A stretch of DNA of 57,602 nucleotides from Eubacteriales bacterium (lineage in GTDB: Bacteria; Bacillota; Clostridia; Oscillospirales; CAG-382): positions 1 to 57,602 of the forward strand of contig JAZSIW010000062.1 of the NCBI GenBank assembly GCA_045534025.1, written 5' to 3'. The stretch's first letter is position 1; the number at the start of each line of letters is the position of its first letter. The notes under the pieces were generated by a model. That model ran no database searches. It was not told the DNA's origin and was given only the letters and a program-made list of their open reading frames with translations. Positions 46,914 through 55,690 of the stretch are shown one piece after another. A program made the translations under genes and the position numbers.

Positions 46914-48293
46914 TTACTCCCTGTCAATTTTTGTTATATTAAAGGATTTTCTTACAATTTTGCGTGCTTTGATCAAATCCAGCTCGGAGTTAACATACAT
47001 ACATTGGCTTATTAAGTTGCCTATAGCGGTAGCTTCCACAGGCCCTGCATAAACATCTTTACCTGTATACTTTGCGGTAAGTTTATTAAGTAAAGCATCC
47101 TTGCTTCCACCGCCTATTATATGTACGGCGTAAAAACGCCTATCCGCTATATTCTCAATTTCAGCTATTGCGCGCGCATAACAAGAAGCCAAGGAATGGT
47201 AAACAGACGACAAAACATCGCAAAGCGGCAAATTAGCGTCACCAAGAAGCTTTCTTATTGCACAAAGCATATCCGGCGGAGCCACCAAGCTATCATCATT
47301 TGGGTCAAATGCACCTTTATAATCGCTTTGCTCTGCAAACTGCATCATTTCATCATAGCTGTATTTTTTATTTATGCTTCTGCGAATTCCTTGAAAAAGC
47401 CACATTCCCATAATGTTTTTTAAAAAACGATAAGTGCCAAACACGCCACCCTCATTTGTAAGGTTTGCAGTCATTGCCTGCGTGCTTAATATAGGTTCTT
47501 TGTTTTCAGTTCCGACCAAGCTCCAAGTACCGGAGCTTATGTAAGCCCCTGACCTAAACATAGGGCATGCAGCAACAGCCGAAGCGGTATCGTGGCTTGG
47601 GCACAGTAAAACAGTCGCATTAAAACCCACGCGTTCTTTTACCGCACTATCAAATTCGCCCAAGCGATACGGAGGGTGTTCAATTGTTCCAAACAGTTTT
47701 TGCGGAAAACCCAACCGAGATATCAAATTACGATTCCAATCTCTGCTTGTTGCATCCACAAGGTTGGTTGTAGTTGCGTTTGTATATTCGTGACAAATTT
47801 TACCCGTTAATTTGTATGACAAATATTCAGGCATCATCAGCATATATTCCGCTTTCTCAAGCCTGCCTGCCAATTTGTCGCAATACAGCCTGTAAACGGT
47901 ATTAAAATTTTGATGTTGTATACCTGTGACGGCATAAAGCTCTTCTCTCGATACAATCGAAGACACCTCCGACTGTACAAAAGCCGTTTCTCCGTCACGA
48001 TAGGCATATGCAGGCAAAATTTCTACGCCATGTGAATCCAAAAGAACATAGTCAACGCCCCATGTATCTATGGCCACCGTTTCAGGAATAACGCCTATCT
48101 CTGCACACTTTGCTATTCCGTTTATAACCTGCGCAGTCAATTCTTCCAAATCCCAGACAAGCCTTTCACCAAAGCTTTTCATCCCGTTTTCAAAGCGATA
48201 TATTTCTTTGGTTGAAAGCACACCGTTATCTATATTTCCCAAAATATGTCTGCCGCCGGAAGCACCGATATCTATAGCCAGATGATAAATCAT
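46914..48293 (-). CDS. rhaB: rhamnulokinase
   Basis: FGGY-family kinase whose N-terminus LAIDIGASGGRHILG fits rhamnulokinase, in the rhaBAD context. I moved the start to ATG 48293, which has GGGAGG 6 nt upstream. Confidence 0.9.
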   Translation of the reverse strand: MIYHLAIDIGASGGRHILGNIDNGVLSTKEIYRFENGMKSFGERLVWDLEELTAQVINGIAKCAEIGVIPETVAIDTWGVDYVLLDSHGVEILPAYAYRDGETAFVQSEVSSIVSREELYAVTGIQHQNFNTVYRLYCDKLAGRLEKAEYMLMMPEYLSYKLTGKICHEYTNATTTNLVDATSRDWNRNLISRLGFPQKLFGTIEHPPYRLGEFDSAVKERVGFNATVLLCPSHDTASAVAACPMFRSGAYISSGTWSLVGTENKEPILSTQAMTANLTNEGGVFGTYRFLKNIMGMWLFQGIRRSINKKYSYDEMMQFAEQSDYKGAFDPNDDSLVAPPDMLCAIRKLLGDANLPLCDVLSSVYHSLASCYARAIAEIENIADRRFYAVHIIGGGSKDALLNKLTAKYTGKDVYAGPVEATAIGNLISQCMYVNSELDLIKARKIVRKSFNITKIDRE

Positions 48294-48373
48294 AACAAGC
48301 CTCCCATCGTACTGTATTATACAGTTATAGCATAAAAATATCAATATTTTTTCAAAAATTTTTCAAAACTTAA

Positions 48374-48438
48374 CCCCACCTTTAAATCAAGCACCAAAAG
48401 TTTATGTGCTTTTGGATAGGCATATCAAAAAGGTGGGG
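48374..48438 (-). terminator. nested hairpin after the GDSL lipoprotein gene (possible terminator)
   Basis: An outer stem CCCCACCTTT/AAAGGTGGGG (10 bp) encloses an inner stem CCAAAAG/CTTTTGG. On the minus strand a U-rich tract (UUAAGUUUUG) follows. Confidence 0.35.
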
Positions 48439-48444
48439 CTAAAA

Positions 48445-49539
48445 TTATTTAATTTCCTTTATGGCCATCAAATGCAAATTTGAAAGCTCCATGTGTCCGC
48501 GTAAATTCGGATGAGGGTCAAAATTAAAACCGAAGGGAATGAAACTTAATGTAGCGTTTACAAGCCCACCCGTGGTTTTAAAGGGTTCATACGCTTCAAC
48601 CAATGCACAATTTTTCTCTTCTGCTATCCGAATAATCTCCGCGTCAAGCGCAGATACCCAACGATCTGAAACTGCACCCATATCAAAGTTAATACCAAGA
48701 TAAGGCAAAGATAAATTAATGCCGTTATATGGACTGTAAACCGTTGTTACAACTATATCCGCTCCAGGTGCACGTCTGTTAATTTCTTCAATAATATAAA
48801 CGAGGTCAATTTTCAACTGTTCTATACCTTCGCTCATACGGGCAGAAAATTCTTCGCTCTCTACCTCTGCTTGTATCGCTTTAACAGCATCAATAAAAGC
48901 AGAGCTTTGTATTTCACTTTGACCTACCGAACCAGATGACGAAACCATGGAAGGCATATATTTTTCTACAACTTCAAGAAAATTATGCAAAAGATTGTTA
49001 GCTCCTATGCAAATTGTTATCAAATCTGCATCGTTCACGGCTTCTGCGCCTTTATCTAAGAGCTCGATAAGTCCTTGGGTAGTCATACCATCAACTGCAT
49101 AGGTGGTGTAATTTACTGTTGTGCCGTCAAGAACCGTTGTCAGCGCTTTTGTTAACAACGCAGGATAACATTCATTAACCGGATCCTTTAACCCGTATCC
49201 CCTGGCAATAGAATCGCCCAAAGCCACATAGTTTAACGTTGCCATACCATAATACTTAGACTGGGCAAATACAGAAACAGAATTGTTAAAAGAGCTTTCA
49301 CTTTCCGCATTTTCCTCTTCGGAGGTCTCGCTTTCGCTTTTTTCGGAAAAATTATCATTTATAACATTTTCTTCCCTTCCCTCATCCGACGAGTTTTGTT
49401 CAACCCTGCTTGCTTCGATTTGAGATACGGGAGAACCGTCCTCATTATTATCTTGTTTTTTACAAGAGGAAAAAACGAAACAAATACACAATAAAATCGT
49501 TATAATTTCAAAAAGACTTTTTTTCTTCAAAGCAATCAC
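48445..49539 (-). CDS. SGNH/GDSL-family hydrolase lipoprotein
   Basis: Signal peptide plus lipobox (VFSSC), an S/E-rich acidic linker, then SGNH blocks (VALGDSIARGYG, CIGANN, DPHPNLRGH). The track's GTG start overlaps the ligase stop. An alternative TTG at 49530 has GGAG 8 nt upstream. Confidence 0.8.
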   Translation of the reverse strand: MIALKKKSLFEIITILLCICFVFSSCKKQDNNEDGSPVSQIEASRVEQNSSDEGREENVINDNFSEKSESETSEEENAESESSFNNSVSVFAQSKYYGMATLNYVALGDSIARGYGLKDPVNECYPALLTKALTTVLDGTTVNYTTYAVDGMTTQGLIELLDKGAEAVNDADLITICIGANNLLHNFLEVVEKYMPSMVSSSGSVGQSEIQSSAFIDAVKAIQAEVESEEFSARMSEGIEQLKIDLVYIIEEINRRAPGADIVVTTVYSPYNGINLSLPYLGINFDMGAVSDRWVSALDAEIIRIAEEKNCALVEAYEPFKTTGGLVNATLSFIPFGFNFDPHPNLRGHMELSNLHLMAIKEIK

Positions 49540-51242
49540 TCCGCCTTTGCATCATAAGTTCTTTTTATCTTTCTGGTTGTAGTTTTTTCAAACTCTCTAT
49601 CTCTAAACACAAGTTGTTTGATAACACGATAAGAAGGTTGCTTCTTATTAAACGCTCCAATCGCCTTTTTTATCTCTTCCTCAACATCTTCTATGCCCTG
49701 ACTTGCGGCATATTCATAGCTTGGATATATTTCCGCCCCAAGGGCCTTGCCGTTAAGATCTGCCGCTTTGGCTGAATAAACTACAACTTCTGATATAAAA
49801 GGAATATCCATAAGCTGTTCTTCTATTTCTTCAGGATATATATTTTTGCCGTTTTTAAGAACTATAAGGTTCTTTTTTCTGCCGGTTATATATATAAATC
49901 CGTCTTTGTCTATCTTGCCGATATCGCCTGTATGAAAGAAACCGTCTTTAATTGCAGCCTTTGTTGCCTCAGGGTTTTTATAATAGCCAAGCATTACATT
50001 TCTGCCCTTTACTATAATTTCGCCCTCTCCATCTTCGTTAGGCTCATAAATCTTAACAACGGTATCCTTTAGCGGCAAACCTACGGAAGCAAAATTATAA
50101 TGCTCTGGTCTGTTTATGGAAATAAGCGGACCGCATTCCGTAATTCCGTAGCCGTTTATCATAACAATGCCTATGCTTTCAAAAAATTCTGTTATGTTAC
50201 TTTTTAACGGTGCGCCGCCGCAAATAAAAGATATTAGCTCTCCGCCAAAGGTTTCATGTATGTCTTTAAACAGGCTTCTTCTCTTATCTATACCGATTTT
50301 TAGCAACAAGTTGCTTATTTTTATTCCCTTTTCAAACTTTTTTGTAAGCCCTTCATCTTCAATAGTCGACTTTATACGTCTGTAAAAATTTTCAGCATAA
50401 AGCGGAACTATTTGCATTTCTGTCGGCTTATATTTTTTAAAATTGGGAAGTATTGTGCGCAAGCTTTCATTTATGCATATAGTCATACCGTGATGAAGCA
50501 TTGTGAGCAAACCGCAAGTCGCTTCATAGCAATGATTATAAGGCAGCACCGATAAAGCGCGTTCTGTAATCTTCATAAGTTCTTGGCTTTTTACAATGTT
50601 GAAGCACAACGTATCCTGTGAAAGCATAACACCCTTGCTTTTGCCGGTTGTGCCCGATGTGTAAACCAATTGCTTTAAGCCATACATATCGGGAACCGCA
50701 TCCAGAAAACGAGTGTCCCCCTCTTCAAGCAAGCGCTGACCGTGCAGAAGCAAATCATCCACGGTTTGCACACCGTCTAAAGCGGATGCCACACCGTCCA
50801 TAAGTATAAACGTTTTTATACCGGTTATGCTCTTTTTTATTTCCTCAATTTTCTTGCTTACAGAGGCGGTAAAAAAGATTGCTTCGCACTCCGAATGAAT
50901 CAATATATTGCTTATCTCTTCTACAGAAAGCTCTTTATCAACAGGCGTAACAACCGCTTCCGAAATCAACACCGTAACATAAGACAGCACCCACGGATAA
51001 CAGTTATCGCCTATGATAGAAATATGACTTTTGCCTATACCCAAGCTGTACAAAGCCGTACCCAAACAATCCACTTGATTTTTGAATTCACCGTATTTTA
51101 CGGAACAATCATTTCCGTCTTTGCGATATCTAAAAGCATCCTTTTCCGAAAAAAGGCTTGCAGACGAATCTACTAACATACGTATACTTTCGCAAGGGCG
51201 CACCTCATAGTAAGGATAGTTCTTTTTTCTGTTTTTATACAT
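49536..51242 (-). CDS. long-chain acyl-CoA (or acyl-ACP) synthetase, AMP-binding family
   Basis: 568 aa with AMP-binding motif YTSGTTGKSKGV, TGDIGKIDKDGFIYITGRKK and the FAA1-type architecture. Confidence 0.88.
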   Translation of the reverse strand: MYKNRKKNYPYYEVRPCESIRMLVDSSASLFSEKDAFRYRKDGNDCSVKYGEFKNQVDCLGTALYSLGIGKSHISIIGDNCYPWVLSYVTVLISEAVVTPVDKELSVEEISNILIHSECEAIFFTASVSKKIEEIKKSITGIKTFILMDGVASALDGVQTVDDLLLHGQRLLEEGDTRFLDAVPDMYGLKQLVYTSGTTGKSKGVMLSQDTLCFNIVKSQELMKITERALSVLPYNHCYEATCGLLTMLHHGMTICINESLRTILPNFKKYKPTEMQIVPLYAENFYRRIKSTIEDEGLTKKFEKGIKISNLLLKIGIDKRRSLFKDIHETFGGELISFICGGAPLKSNITEFFESIGIVMINGYGITECGPLISINRPEHYNFASVGLPLKDTVVKIYEPNEDGEGEIIVKGRNVMLGYYKNPEATKAAIKDGFFHTGDIGKIDKDGFIYITGRKKNLIVLKNGKNIYPEEIEEQLMDIPFISEVVVYSAKAADLNGKALGAEIYPSYEYAASQGIEDVEEEIKKAIGAFNKKQPSYRVIKQLVFRDREFEKTTTRKIKRTYDAKAE

Positions 51243-51356
51243 GTCTTACCTCTTTTTACCCTTTTTCTTATTTAGCAAATCTTTATATATAACATATAAT
51301 TTTAATGTAAACCAAATATAAATTTCACAACAAAACAGAAAGGTGCGACTTGATTA

Positions 51357-52028
51357 ATGGCTATACCGGTAATCATTTCGAACTGCGGTGCCGTTAGCGG
51401 TGCTGCTTTTTCCGACAACTGTATATTTGCGGTAAACGGCTTTGACTGTATAGTTAAAAACGTTACCGAAGGATGTACATACAATGTGTTTAGACCTTAT
51501 CGCTTTATTTCCTCTGATCGCAACTGTCTTTTGGCAACCGACGGAGGATGCGGAAATAAGCTTTATATACTTGACAAGTGCTTAAACGAAATAGGCAATA
51601 TTTGCTTGCCTTGTGTGTATGGTCCGTTGTTGACTGCTTACATCACCTGCGATGGCAAACTGCTTTTAACTTACCGTAAAAAGCTTGTCATAGCTAACGG
51701 CGACGGAGGTATGGGAGAGGCCATTGCCGCAAACAACTGTGACAGCACAGATTTTATAGCGGCATTTCCATACTGTAACGGATTACTTATCGCCTTTAAC
51801 GACGGATACAGAGATACCATACAGTACAGAGGTTGCAACGGCAGAATAAACAACTGTATATTACCGCAATGCATAAACATAAGGAGCTTCACGCAGGCTG
51901 ACGACGGAACGGTATACGGTTTGTTTGCTAAGGGATACCCCTACCGTTATCTTATTCCCATAATAGTAGACGGCGTTTTTAACTGTGTTACAGATGAATG
52001 TTTCGGAACAAATCTTTGCTGTGGCTGA
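51357..52028 (+). CDS. cysteine-rich repeat protein, unknown function
   Basis: 223-aa ORF with no competing long ORF. It has 19 Cys, no signal peptide or TM helix, five repeat segments of ~40-45 aa and a C-terminal CCG. Only a weak RBS (AAAGGTG) lies 13 nt upstream. Confidence 0.55.
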   Translation: MAIPVIISNCGAVSGAAFSDNCIFAVNGFDCIVKNVTEGCTYNVFRPYRFISSDRNCLLATDGGCGNKLYILDKCLNEIGNICLPCVYGPLLTAYITCDGKLLLTYRKKLVIANGDGGMGEAIAANNCDSTDFIAAFPYCNGLLIAFNDGYRDTIQYRGCNGRINNCILPQCINIRSFTQADDGTVYGLFAKGYPYRYLIPIIVDGVFNCVTDECFGTNLCCG

Positions 52029-52109
52029 TAAAATTTTATTATCTAAGTTGTTGAAAATCAAGTGTGTTTGTGCTATTCTATAGAAAAAGATATTTGGAGG
52101 TGCAAAATT

Positions 52110-52661
52110 ATGTACGAAGGAACGGGCTCTGCCAACCACGCTGAGTACTCTGTACTTGTTAAACCCACTACAAAAACAAAATTAATAAAATTCGGTTTGT
52201 TTGCCGGCGCAATAACTCTTTTTATAGGTGTATTTGCAATTTTAAGTATTTTTGATATGGGACCGTTAATGTTGCCCAGCTCTGTTATGCTTATTGTTCT
52301 TGAAGTTTTCGGCATATGGTATTTCTGGAAGTATACCAGCATTGAATATGATTACCTCATAGCCACCGGCGACCTAACGGTCACTGCGGTTTACGGAGGG
52401 AGAAGCAGAAAAGATTTATTTAGCGTAAAAATTTCTACCGCGACAGTTATCGCTTCTTACGAAGGAAAACCCGCTCCGGAAGAAAGCACGGTAGATACTG
52501 TTTATAATTGCGTAAGCTCCTTTGAAGCTGCAAACATTGTGTACATAGCATTTAAAGATGGAGACGGGAAAAAATGCATAGCATACATTGAAGCTCCTCA
52601 AAAATTTATAAAGCTGTTTAAGTTTTATAACAGTACCGCTTGTAAGGTAACGATTAAATGA
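52110..52661 (+). CDS. two-TM membrane protein, unknown function
   Basis: I moved the start to ATG 52110 (MYEGTG), which has GGAGG 9 nt upstream. Two adjacent TM helices are followed by a ~100-aa soluble domain. The stop overlaps the nnr start (ATGA). Confidence 0.55.
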   Translation: MYEGTGSANHAEYSVLVKPTTKTKLIKFGLFAGAITLFIGVFAILSIFDMGPLMLPSSVMLIVLEVFGIWYFWKYTSIEYDYLIATGDLTVTAVYGGRSRKDLFSVKISTATVIASYEGKPAPEESTVDTVYNCVSSFEAANIVYIAFKDGDGKKCIAYIEAPQKFIKLFKFYNSTACKVTIK

Positions 52662-54118
52662 TAAGCAATAACGTTTATCTTGCGGAACAATTTAAAAAAA
52701 TGGATGAAACCTGCGGTATAGATACGGACGCCTTAATGCAAGCTGCTGCCCAAAGATTATTTGATGTACTAAAATCAGAAGGCAGGCACAAGGGCAAAAT
52801 ATGCGTTGTGTGCGGAAAAGGCAATAACGGCGGCGACGGATACGCTTTAGCACAGCTGTTAATGAATGCCGAATTACAGGTTACCGTATATGCCGTTGAC
52901 GTCCCTACCGCGCCATTAGCCATAAAGTATTGTAATCTTTATACCGAAAAAAACGGAAGTTTTTGTAATATCAACCGCATAGAATGCGGCGAAGTGGATA
53001 CCGTGGTCGACTGTATATTCGGTTTTTCCTTTAAGGGAGAGTTATGCGGCAAATACGCAAAGATTGCCGAAACAATAAACAAAAGCGGGGCCTTTGTAAT
53101 TTCGGCGGATCTGCCCAGCGGACTTAACGCAGACAGTGATGAAAAGCCTACCCTTGCAGTAAAAGCAGATGTATGTTGCAGTTTTACCGGATATAAATGT
53201 GCTATTGTCAGCAACCCGGCGAAGGAGCTTTGCGGTAAAGTGATTATTGCCGACATAGGAATACCGGAAGATGTTATAAACCGATTTACCCCCTACGCTT
53301 ATACCTACGGCGGTAAATTCATTGACGAATTGCCAAAGCGGAAAGAAAACAGTCATAAAGGTTGCTACGGTCCGCTTGTAGCGTTGTGCGGCAATGAAGA
53401 CATGTCCGGTGCCGCTTATTTGGCGTGCAACGCCGCATACCGTACAGGCACAGGACTTGTGAAGCTATATACCCATAAGAACGCCATTTTGCCGTTAAAA
53501 ACAATGATGCCCGAGGCTATAATAAAAGAGGCTGCAAACTATAACGATTTATTGGATGAAAAATGCAAAGCCTTTCTTATGGGGTGCGGATGCGGCAGAG
53601 AGTATGATTTTATTATAACAGAGATATTAAAACAGTCTGAAGTGACCACGATTTTAGATGCAGACGGAATAAATTGTATAGCGGGTGACATAGAATTATA
53701 CCAAGCTGTTTCCTGTCCGCTTATAATTACACCGCACCCAACTGAAATGTCGAGGCTAACGGGGATAAGTTCCGAGGAAATAAACGCATCCAGAATAAAA
53801 CACGCCAAAGAGTTTGCCAAAACTTACGGATTTGTCACGGTTTTGAAGGGAAACGCCACAGTAGTTGCCGCACCCGACGGACGGCTGTATATCAACCGCA
53901 CGGGCAACAGCGGTTTGGCAAAAGGCGGTAGCGGTGATGTATTGGCTGGAATAATTGCATCCCTATGCACCCAAGGTGCAGAACCCTTTGTTGCTGCTGC
54001 TTTAGGCGTATATTTACACGGAGCCGCTGCCGACAACCTTTTAAATACAAAAGGTGTTTATGCGATGCTGCCATCGGAGCTGGCTGAGGAAGCAGGCAAA
54101 ATTCTATACTTTGGGTGA
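52658..54118 (+). CDS. nnr: bifunctional NAD(P)H-hydrate repair enzyme (epimerase/ADP-dependent dehydratase)
   Basis: 486 aa with an N-terminal YjeF_N domain (CGKGNNGGDG) and a C-terminal carbohydrate-kinase-like dehydratase domain (GNSGLAKGGSGDVLAG). Confidence 0.93.
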   Translation: MISNNVYLAEQFKKMDETCGIDTDALMQAAAQRLFDVLKSEGRHKGKICVVCGKGNNGGDGYALAQLLMNAELQVTVYAVDVPTAPLAIKYCNLYTEKNGSFCNINRIECGEVDTVVDCIFGFSFKGELCGKYAKIAETINKSGAFVISADLPSGLNADSDEKPTLAVKADVCCSFTGYKCAIVSNPAKELCGKVIIADIGIPEDVINRFTPYAYTYGGKFIDELPKRKENSHKGCYGPLVALCGNEDMSGAAYLACNAAYRTGTGLVKLYTHKNAILPLKTMMPEAIIKEAANYNDLLDEKCKAFLMGCGCGREYDFIITEILKQSEVTTILDADGINCIAGDIELYQAVSCPLIITPHPTEMSRLTGISSEEINASRIKHAKEFAKTYGFVTVLKGNATVVAAPDGRLYINRTGNSGLAKGGSGDVLAGIIASLCTQGAEPFVAAALGVYLHGAAADNLLNTKGVYAMLPSELAEEAGKILYFG

Positions 54119-54600
54119 TAACATTGAAACGCTTCCTTTGTTTTATTCTGATCCTCGCTTCATTAACACTGTGCGCATGCAAAAAGCCGATAGAAAATGA
54201 AGAAAATTTTGTACGCAAAGGCGTTTATTGCGTTAATCTTGAGGGCACAGATATAGTTTTTTCCGCAGTTTTAGACGGTAAATATCAAGAATACACTTTC
54301 ACTGCACCGGAAACCGTGGCAGGGCTTAAAGTAACAAGCTATGACAGCGTTAGCTTTGAGTTGGACTATAAAGGAATAAAGCAAAACTGTTATTCTGAAG
54401 CTATTGAATGTGCTACTGATTTTTCTGCCGCAACAGAGTTTTTGGAAACAGCGGGGAGCATAGCGGGGAAAAAAATCCAAGCAGACGCCGAAGGCTTAAA
54501 AGCAGAAGGCTACATAAGCAACGGGCGCCTTTCAAGTTTAAAATTCAGCGACGTAACAGATACAAGAATTTATATAATAAAATCGGAGGCGACGGAATGA
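54115..54600 (+). CDS. lipoprotein, unknown function
   Basis: Signal peptide plus lipobox (LTLCAC). It overlaps the nnr stop and the alr start. An alternative TTG start lies at 54124. Confidence 0.6.
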   Translation: MITLKRFLCFILILASLTLCACKKPIENEENFVRKGVYCVNLEGTDIVFSAVLDGKYQEYTFTAPETVAGLKVTSYDSVSFELDYKGIKQNCYSEAIECATDFSAATEFLETAGSIAGKKIQADAEGLKAEGYISNGRLSSLKFSDVTDTRIYIIKSEATE

Positions 54601-55688
54601 ATATCCGTGCAAAAGCAGAAATCAGTTTAAATGCAATCAAACACAACGCTACAAGCATTATGTCAACCTTAAAAGATCCTTGCCAAATGCTTGCCGTAGT
54701 AAAAGCAGATGCGTACGGACACGGTGCTGTACCGGTTGCAAAGGCACTATATAGCGTTGGCGTAAAATATTTTGCCGTTGCAACTGCAGAGGAAGGCGCA
54801 GAACTAAGAGCCAACGGACTTAACGGAAAGATTTTGGTTTTAGGGAAAACCCCTGTGGAGCAACGCTCCATCCTTGCCGACAATGATTTATATCAGACTT
54901 GCGACAGTGTTGAATATGCTGCTTCTATTGTAAAAGACGGTTTACCGAAGATTCACATAAAGATAGACACAGGTATGAGCAGACTTGGTTTCTATTGCCA
55001 CGATGCAAACTTTGCGGACACCTGCGTCAATCAGATTTTGCCCTTGTATGATATACCGGGCCTTCAAGTGGAAGGCATATTTACTCACTTTGCAGTTGCG
55101 GATGAAGATGAAGTTTTTACTTACAAGCAGTTCAATGCATTTAAAGCAGTAACGGATAAACTTTGCGCTTTAGGGTTCAATACAGGGCTCAGGCATTGCT
55201 GTAACAGCGCTGCCACCATAAAGTATCCCGATATGCACTTAGATATGGTAAGACAAGGCATAGGACTTTACGGACTGGAACGTTCCGTACCTGACTTTCC
55301 GTTCACTCCTGCCATGAAGGTAGTCGCGCGTATAGCCGCAACAGGCAACCTTGAACCAGGTGACACAATAAGTTACGGCAGAACATTTAAAGCGGACAAG
55401 CCCCTGCGCCGCGCGGTAGTCTCCTTCGGTTATGCGGACGGCATGCCACGGCTGCTTTCCAACAGATACAGCGTGACAATAAACGGTAAAAAAGCCCCTA
55501 TTTTAGGCAGAGTGTGCATGGATATGTTTATGGTTGACACAAGCGACATTGAATGCCAAGAAGGCGACGAGGCAATAATTTTCGGCGAAGACGGTGAAGT
55601 CAGTCAAATGGCAGACATTATTGGTACAATTAACTATGAAATTGTTTGCGGCATAACACGAAGAGTACCAAGAATTTATGTAGACTAA
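54597..55688 (+). CDS. alr: alanine racemase
   Basis: 363 aa with the PLP-lysine motif AVVKADAYGHG and a typical Alr C-terminus (YEIVCGITRRVPRIY). GGAGG lies 7 nt upstream. Confidence 0.95.
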   Translation: MNIRAKAEISLNAIKHNATSIMSTLKDPCQMLAVVKADAYGHGAVPVAKALYSVGVKYFAVATAEEGAELRANGLNGKILVLGKTPVEQRSILADNDLYQTCDSVEYAASIVKDGLPKIHIKIDTGMSRLGFYCHDANFADTCVNQILPLYDIPGLQVEGIFTHFAVADEDEVFTYKQFNAFKAVTDKLCALGFNTGLRHCCNSAATIKYPDMHLDMVRQGIGLYGLERSVPDFPFTPAMKVVARIAATGNLEPGDTISYGRTFKADKPLRRAVVSFGYADGMPRLLSNRYSVTINGKKAPILGRVCMDMFMVDTSDIECQEGDEAIIFGEDGEVSQMADIIGTINYEIVCGITRRVPRIYVD

Positions 55689-55690
55689 CC

